Below are positions 25,471 through 29,407 of a DNA stretch of 29,407 bases, piece after piece. Where the stretch lies: positions 1 to 29,407 of the IMG/VR virus record IMGVR_UViG_3300030708_001073; one strand, written 5' to 3'. The notes beneath the pieces were generated by a model. The model was not told the DNA's origin. It did no database searches and was given only the letters and a program-made list of their open reading frames with translations. Origin of the DNA: a virus (taxonomy: Duplodnaviria > Caudoviricetes). Numbering within the stretch: the first letter of the stretch is position 1; every line of letters begins with the position of its first letter. The position numbers and the translations under genes were made by a program.

Positions 25471-26346
25471 TTATACTCCACACATTCCCTCGCATTCATC
25501 AGCCATGTCGCCAAATAAATCTGGTTGGTCGGAACCTTTATCCAAATCTACTTTATCCAAAGGAACTCTAGAAGAATGTATGTAAAGTTCTTTTGCTTTT
25601 GATAGACCTAACGCCGGACCAGCTGTTCTAACTTTTTTATCAAAATCAACACACTGTTTCCATTCATCTGGTCTAGTGTCTCGCATTTCTTTCCAGAACT
25701 TATTGTCATGGTAAGGACAATAAACGCATGCACTTTTTGCAGGTTTAGGATACTGCCTTTCTTCCATCCATTGAAAACAATCTTTTCTGGTAATCTTTTT
25801 TTCTACAAGCGGATAATGAAAACGATAAGAAGCTTTCTCAAATGTTTTCATTCTAAATATTTCATCATACGATATGCCTAAATATTGATTTACAACCATT
25901 CCTTTAGGCCATCTTTGTCCCTTTTTTAAACCATATTCTCGCCTTATTCCTTGTTCTATTTGTTCTATTTTATAAGTAGAAGTACATCTTCTATTTGCTA
26001 TGCCTTTCTTTCCGTCTTCTCCTACTAAGAAAAAAGGTATGGAAGCGCCTCTTTTGTACACGCCGTTATCAATATAATTTTCTACGTCCTCTTGTAGATT
26101 TCCCCACGTAACTCTAATGACAGGGAAGTTTAATTGTTTTTCTAAATAATCAAGCCACTTATAAGTTCCTGTTCCCTCGTTCTGTGTGTCAGCAAAAATA
26201 GCAAAATCTATTTTACCTGAGCCTCCTGGTTTAACTTCAAATTCTCCTCTGCTAAAAGCTAACGCCATCATGGACGACTGCACTCCAGCGCCTAAACTAA
26301 TTATATTTAGATCTCCAGGATATTTTGTACTTCGTTCAGTTGGCAT
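25471..26346 (-). CDS. PAPS-reductase-like PP-loop (adenine nucleotide alpha-hydrolase) Cys-rich protein, paralogue 1
   Basis: SLGAGVQS PP-loop variant, AIFADT, RRCT, LGISxDE..R, YPL, KSACVYCPYH, terminal ECEGMCGV. Confidence 0.8.
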   Translation of the reverse strand: MPTERSTKYPGDLNIISLGAGVQSSMMALAFSRGEFEVKPGGSGKIDFAIFADTQNEGTGTYKWLDYLEKQLNFPVIRVTWGNLQEDVENYIDNGVYKRGASIPFFLVGEDGKKGIANRRCTSTYKIEQIEQGIRREYGLKKGQRWPKGMVVNQYLGISYDEIFRMKTFEKASYRFHYPLVEKKITRKDCFQWMEERQYPKPAKSACVYCPYHDNKFWKEMRDTRPDEWKQCVDFDKKVRTAGPALGLSKAKELYIHSSRVPLDKVDLDKGSDQPDLFGDMADECEGMCGV

Positions 26347-27165
26347 CTATACTCCGCACATTCCTTCACACTCGTCAGCCATGTCACCAAACAAATCTGG
26401 TTGTTTACTTTTTTTATTAAAGTCTACTTCTCTCAAAGGTTTTAATTCTCTGTGTAAATAAAGTTTAGCGTCAAAAGGATAATTTTTATTTTTTGCTTCT
26501 CTAAGTTTGTCATCAATCTCACATGCTTTTTCAAAATCTTTTGGTTGATTTTCTTTCATTTCTTTCCATGTGCCGTTGTCATGATAAGGACAAAATATAC
26601 ACGCACTCTTTTTAGGTAATTCAAAACCGTTATCCTTACACCATTGTAGACAATCTCTTCTTGACATTTTTTTCTCTATTAAAGGCCATTTATTTTCTAT
26701 GAAAAAATCTCTACTCTCTTTCATTCTATTCATTTCGTCTGTAGAAATACCAATCCATTGATAAACATGAGTACCTTTTTTTACTCTCTGTCCTTTTTTA
26801 TATCCTAATAATTCTCTTATCTTTCTACGGATCGGCATAATTTTAAAATGAGTTGTGCACTGGCGTCGTATTAAACCTTTATCCATATAAGCAGGAGGTC
26901 CGTAATACCATCTTATATTTCCTTTAATAGACTCTTCCGTGTGCTTTAATATGTCTCCGTAAGTTTCTTTAGTGTAAGCTTCACATTTATAAATAGGAAA
27001 AGGTAATTTCTTTTCTAACCTTTCTAAATGTTCATACACATGATCGGGCTCAAATTTTGTGTCTGCAAAAATAGCTGCATCTGCTCTTGGTAAATCTCCA
27101 TTAGCACTCATCAATGCCATGGTTGTAGATTGTACACCAGCTCCAAGACTAAGAATATGTTTCAT
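26347..27165 (-). CDS. PAPS-reductase-like PP-loop Cys-rich protein, paralogue 2
   Basis: SLGAGVQS, AIFADT, RQCT, IGISTDE..R, WPL, KSACIFCPYH, terminal ECEGMCGV. Confidence 0.8.
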   Translation of the reverse strand: MKHILSLGAGVQSTTMALMSANGDLPRADAAIFADTKFEPDHVYEHLERLEKKLPFPIYKCEAYTKETYGDILKHTEESIKGNIRWYYGPPAYMDKGLIRRQCTTHFKIMPIRRKIRELLGYKKGQRVKKGTHVYQWIGISTDEMNRMKESRDFFIENKWPLIEKKMSRRDCLQWCKDNGFELPKKSACIFCPYHDNGTWKEMKENQPKDFEKACEIDDKLREAKNKNYPFDAKLYLHRELKPLREVDFNKKSKQPDLFGDMADECEGMCGV

Positions 27166-28801
27166 GATCCATCCTATTTATCCTATAATTTTGTCGTAAA
27201 AACATTTCTGAATATTCATAATCATTTGATGATCGTACCAAAAACAAATTATTTTTTGTTCTCGTAATTCCTGTGTAAAAAACTCTTCTTTCATCGTCCC
27301 CGTTCTTTAATAAACTTTGATAAGCCTTTGGTGATAGTTCTGATAATAACACAACATTGTCTGCTTCGCCACCTTTCGATCCATGAATTGTAAGAATTTT
27401 TATCTTTGGTATTGCGTTAATGTCCTGGTTACGTCGTTCACATTTTCTTATGTACATTACTAAATCTTCATTAACCTTGTCCAATGCCTCATGCCACTCC
27501 AAATTTTTATTTAAACGTAGTCCATGATTATTAACAAGATCTTCAAATGTTACTGACACATCATCTTCCACTAAATCTCCCCACGTTTTATATCCTTTTT
27601 CTATTTTATCAGGACCGGAGGATATGTACTTGTACATATTTTTTGCACCGCCTAATGATATAGTATTTCCTTGTTGTAGTTTGTTCCAACAATTTATGGC
27701 ATACAAAACTTTTTCAGAAATAGACTTGTGTCTTCCAAACCTATTATATAAAATTCCTTCTCTTTTAAAAAATTCTTCAACTTTTTGTAGCACATGTTTG
27801 GTTCGTGCTAACACATAGTACTCTCCATCTTCATCAAACGGTACATAATTAATTGCAGCGTAATGATTTACTTCCCCTGTTTTATTGGCAGGTTTCCACT
27901 CTTTCGGTACACGATCTTTAATTTTATTTGATACAAATTCTGCTACTTCAAAAACTTTTTGTGGCACTCTAAATGATTGATTTAAAACTTTTTTCTCTCC
28001 TGGGGTGCGTATCAACAGCTCAGGAACAGCTCCTGCCCATTTAAATATTGCTTGATCATCATCGCCAGCTATGTAAATATGTTCAGCGTTCTTCGCTAGA
28101 AGAATAACAGCCCACCATTGGAGCATACTTAAATCTTGTGCCTCATCTATGATGATGACTGGCAATGAGGGAACGGATCCCTCATTGACTAATGATAACA
28201 ACATGTCGTTAAAATCGTAGAGTTCATTTTCTTTTTTATAATCTAAATAGGTTTCATAAATTCTCTCCAATTCTGGTAAACCTCCCTCAACGTGAAGGTT
28301 CGACCGTTGCCATTGCACACCAATATTCACCATGTTATTGCGTGCAAGCTCGATAATACGCATGAAAGGATTTTTCTGCATACTTTGTCCGTTCTCTTCT
28401 ATTTGTGAATTAGAATTTAAAAACTCTTTTATCTGTAAAGTTTTACCTAATTCTTTGTAGTGTCTGTCTTTCATTACACTTGATGTGCTTAAATTTAATT
28501 GTCTAAATGCCATGCTATGTAATGTTCTAAACCATTCAAATTCTTTTTCTTCGTAGTCAAATTTTGTGGTAGCTCTATCAATTGCTTCGTGTGCTGCTTT
28601 CTTAGTGTAAGCAAAGTACCCAATCTCATGAGGCTCGTATCCTTCTTCCAAATGTCTTTGTACGATACCAAGCAAGGTATGAGTTTTACCTGTACCAGGC
28701 GGTCCAAAGATAGTTGTTGTTTTATTTTTAAAATAACTACGCACTTCTTCACGAGATGTTTTTTGTATATCTAATGGAAATAATTTAGAATGGTTCAGCA
28801 C
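27149..28801 (-). CDS. UvrD/Rep-like superfamily 1 DNA helicase
   Basis: Walker A FGPPGTGKT, RTLHS, IIDEAQD, AGDDDQAIF, QSFR, VLART, LTIHGSKGGEADNV, FYTGITR; GTG start with AAGGTG SD. Confidence 0.92.
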   Translation of the reverse strand: MLNHSKLFPLDIQKTSREEVRSYFKNKTTTIFGPPGTGKTHTLLGIVQRHLEEGYEPHEIGYFAYTKKAAHEAIDRATTKFDYEEKEFEWFRTLHSMAFRQLNLSTSSVMKDRHYKELGKTLQIKEFLNSNSQIEENGQSMQKNPFMRIIELARNNMVNIGVQWQRSNLHVEGGLPELERIYETYLDYKKENELYDFNDMLLSLVNEGSVPSLPVIIIDEAQDLSMLQWWAVILLAKNAEHIYIAGDDDQAIFKWAGAVPELLIRTPGEKKVLNQSFRVPQKVFEVAEFVSNKIKDRVPKEWKPANKTGEVNHYAAINYVPFDEDGEYYVLARTKHVLQKVEEFFKREGILYNRFGRHKSISEKVLYAINCWNKLQQGNTISLGGAKNMYKYISSGPDKIEKGYKTWGDLVEDDVSVTFEDLVNNHGLRLNKNLEWHEALDKVNEDLVMYIRKCERRNQDINAIPKIKILTIHGSKGGEADNVVLLSELSPKAYQSLLKNGDDERRVFYTGITRTKNNLFLVRSSNDYEYSEMFLRQNYRINRMDHETYS

Positions 28802-29407
28802 TGTTCACCTTTGGTCTTTTTAATGGTTTAAGTTCTCTTTTTATTTCTGGGATAAACCATAGTCTTTCTGTTTTACCCATTATCTTTTTAGATGTCGATC
28901 CTCCGCCCATGTCTCGTAAACGTTGTACGATCTGCATGGTGCGCATATCTGTAAATCTTTTTTTCTTTAAATAATCTTCTAGATGTACCATTTTAAAATA
29001 AGTTTTATCTTCTTCGGTATAACACTTCCCGGTTATGACTTCGTCCATCTCGAGCCCTGCCCCCTGCTCAAAAATAAAATTATTAAAGTGTTCATCAAAT
29101 TTACCAAACGTTGTTGTATCAAAATGTTCTGCGGCCGGTATAATTTCAGCATTCTCTAATAATGTTCTGACCTTTATCGTCCAATCATTTGCTTTCATAG
29201 CCATTGGAAGTATGGTTAAGTAATCCATACATGCTCTTCTAAATTTTTGTTGGTCGAATAATTGTTCCGTCGACAAAGACATTCTCTTACCATCTACATT
29301 AAGAAACCACATAGATTCATCTGACTCCAGCTTAGTAAGATCAGAAATAGCAATGTCATAATTATCTCCAATTCCGAACTTTCTTGCTTTGCAAAGAGGT
29401 GCATTAC
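28785..29407 (-). CDS. 5'-truncated replication protein, probably the C-terminal part of the primase
   Basis: The frame stays open from 29312 to the window end (...NAPLCKARKFGIGDNYDIAISDLTKLESDESMWFL...). It is coupled to the helicase. The primase call rests on context and recalled similarity; no catalytic motifs lie in the window. Confidence 0.55.
   Translation of the reverse strand, partial: NAPLCKARKFGIGDNYDIAISDLTKLESDESMWFLNVDGKRMSLSTEQLFDQQKFRRACMDYLTILPMAMKANDWTIKVRTLLENAEIIPAAEHFDTTTFGKFDEHFNNFIFEQGAGLEMDEVITGKCYTEEDKTYFKMVHLEDYLKKKRFTDMRTMQIVQRLRDMGGGSTSKKIMGKTERLWFIPEIKRELKPLKRPKVNSAEPF

Noticed and set aside
6880-26350. Genome-wide TAG stop-codon reassignment (in-frame TAG junctions at 6887-6895 and 26344-26349)
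   Set aside because: All conserved genes are full length under the standard code, and TAG falls at ends matching paralogues that stop with TAA.
25471-27165. Annotation as cysH sulfur-assimilation auxiliary metabolic genes
   Set aside because: The PP-loop and C-terminus differ from CysH (no SGGKDS/SFG-type loop with ECGLH), there are no other cys genes, and the context is the replisome operon; gene symbol withheld.
632-28774. Many 60-150 aa antisense or out-of-frame ORFs in the track (e.g. 632-991, 941-1156, 3640-4083, 8479-8730, 14759-15061, 19174-19602, 23322-23594, 26186-26461, 28495-28752)
   Set aside because: They lie within well-supported genes, show no recognisable motifs, and read as codon-bias shadows of the real frame.
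1-29407. tRNA, rRNA, CRISPR array, integrase/att site, intron or intein
   Set aside because: Intergenic gaps are about 110 bp or less and show no cloverleaf or spaced repeats; polymerase and helicase motifs are contiguous with no large insertion.

Overview
The window is an internal piece of an AT-rich dsDNA tailed phage genome, cut off at both ends. The architecture is podovirus-like and resembles marine alphaproteobacterial/SAR11-type phages, but the host cannot be assigned from sequence alone. The + strand arm (1-22406) is structural: a tandemly repeated three-gene tail-fibre cassette (Ig/IPT stalk, ConA-LamG/SPRY lectin-like protein, beta-rich distal protein; two full copies plus the end of a third), further tail genes, a P22 gp10-like tail hub protein and several probable ejection/internal virion proteins. 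An inverted four-gene island (12200-13540) containing a 2OG-Fe(II) oxygenase interrupts this arm. The - strand arm (22510-29407) is the replication module: primase C-terminus, UvrD-like SF1 helicase, two tandem PP-loop/Cys-rich PAPS-reductase-like paralogues, family A DNA polymerase (Leu762 type), PD-(D/E)XK nuclease and two small membrane/exported proteins. The two strongest candidates for an undescribed system are (1) the PP-loop paralogue pair between helicase and polymerase, which share an identical 18-aa tail with a clamp-binding-like QPDLF motif and may perform replication-coupled DNA modification, and (2) the split, tandemly amplified tail-fibre cassette. I saw no tRNA, rRNA, CRISPR array, integrase or reverse transcriptase. 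All family assignments come from motif recognition by eye, not database searches.
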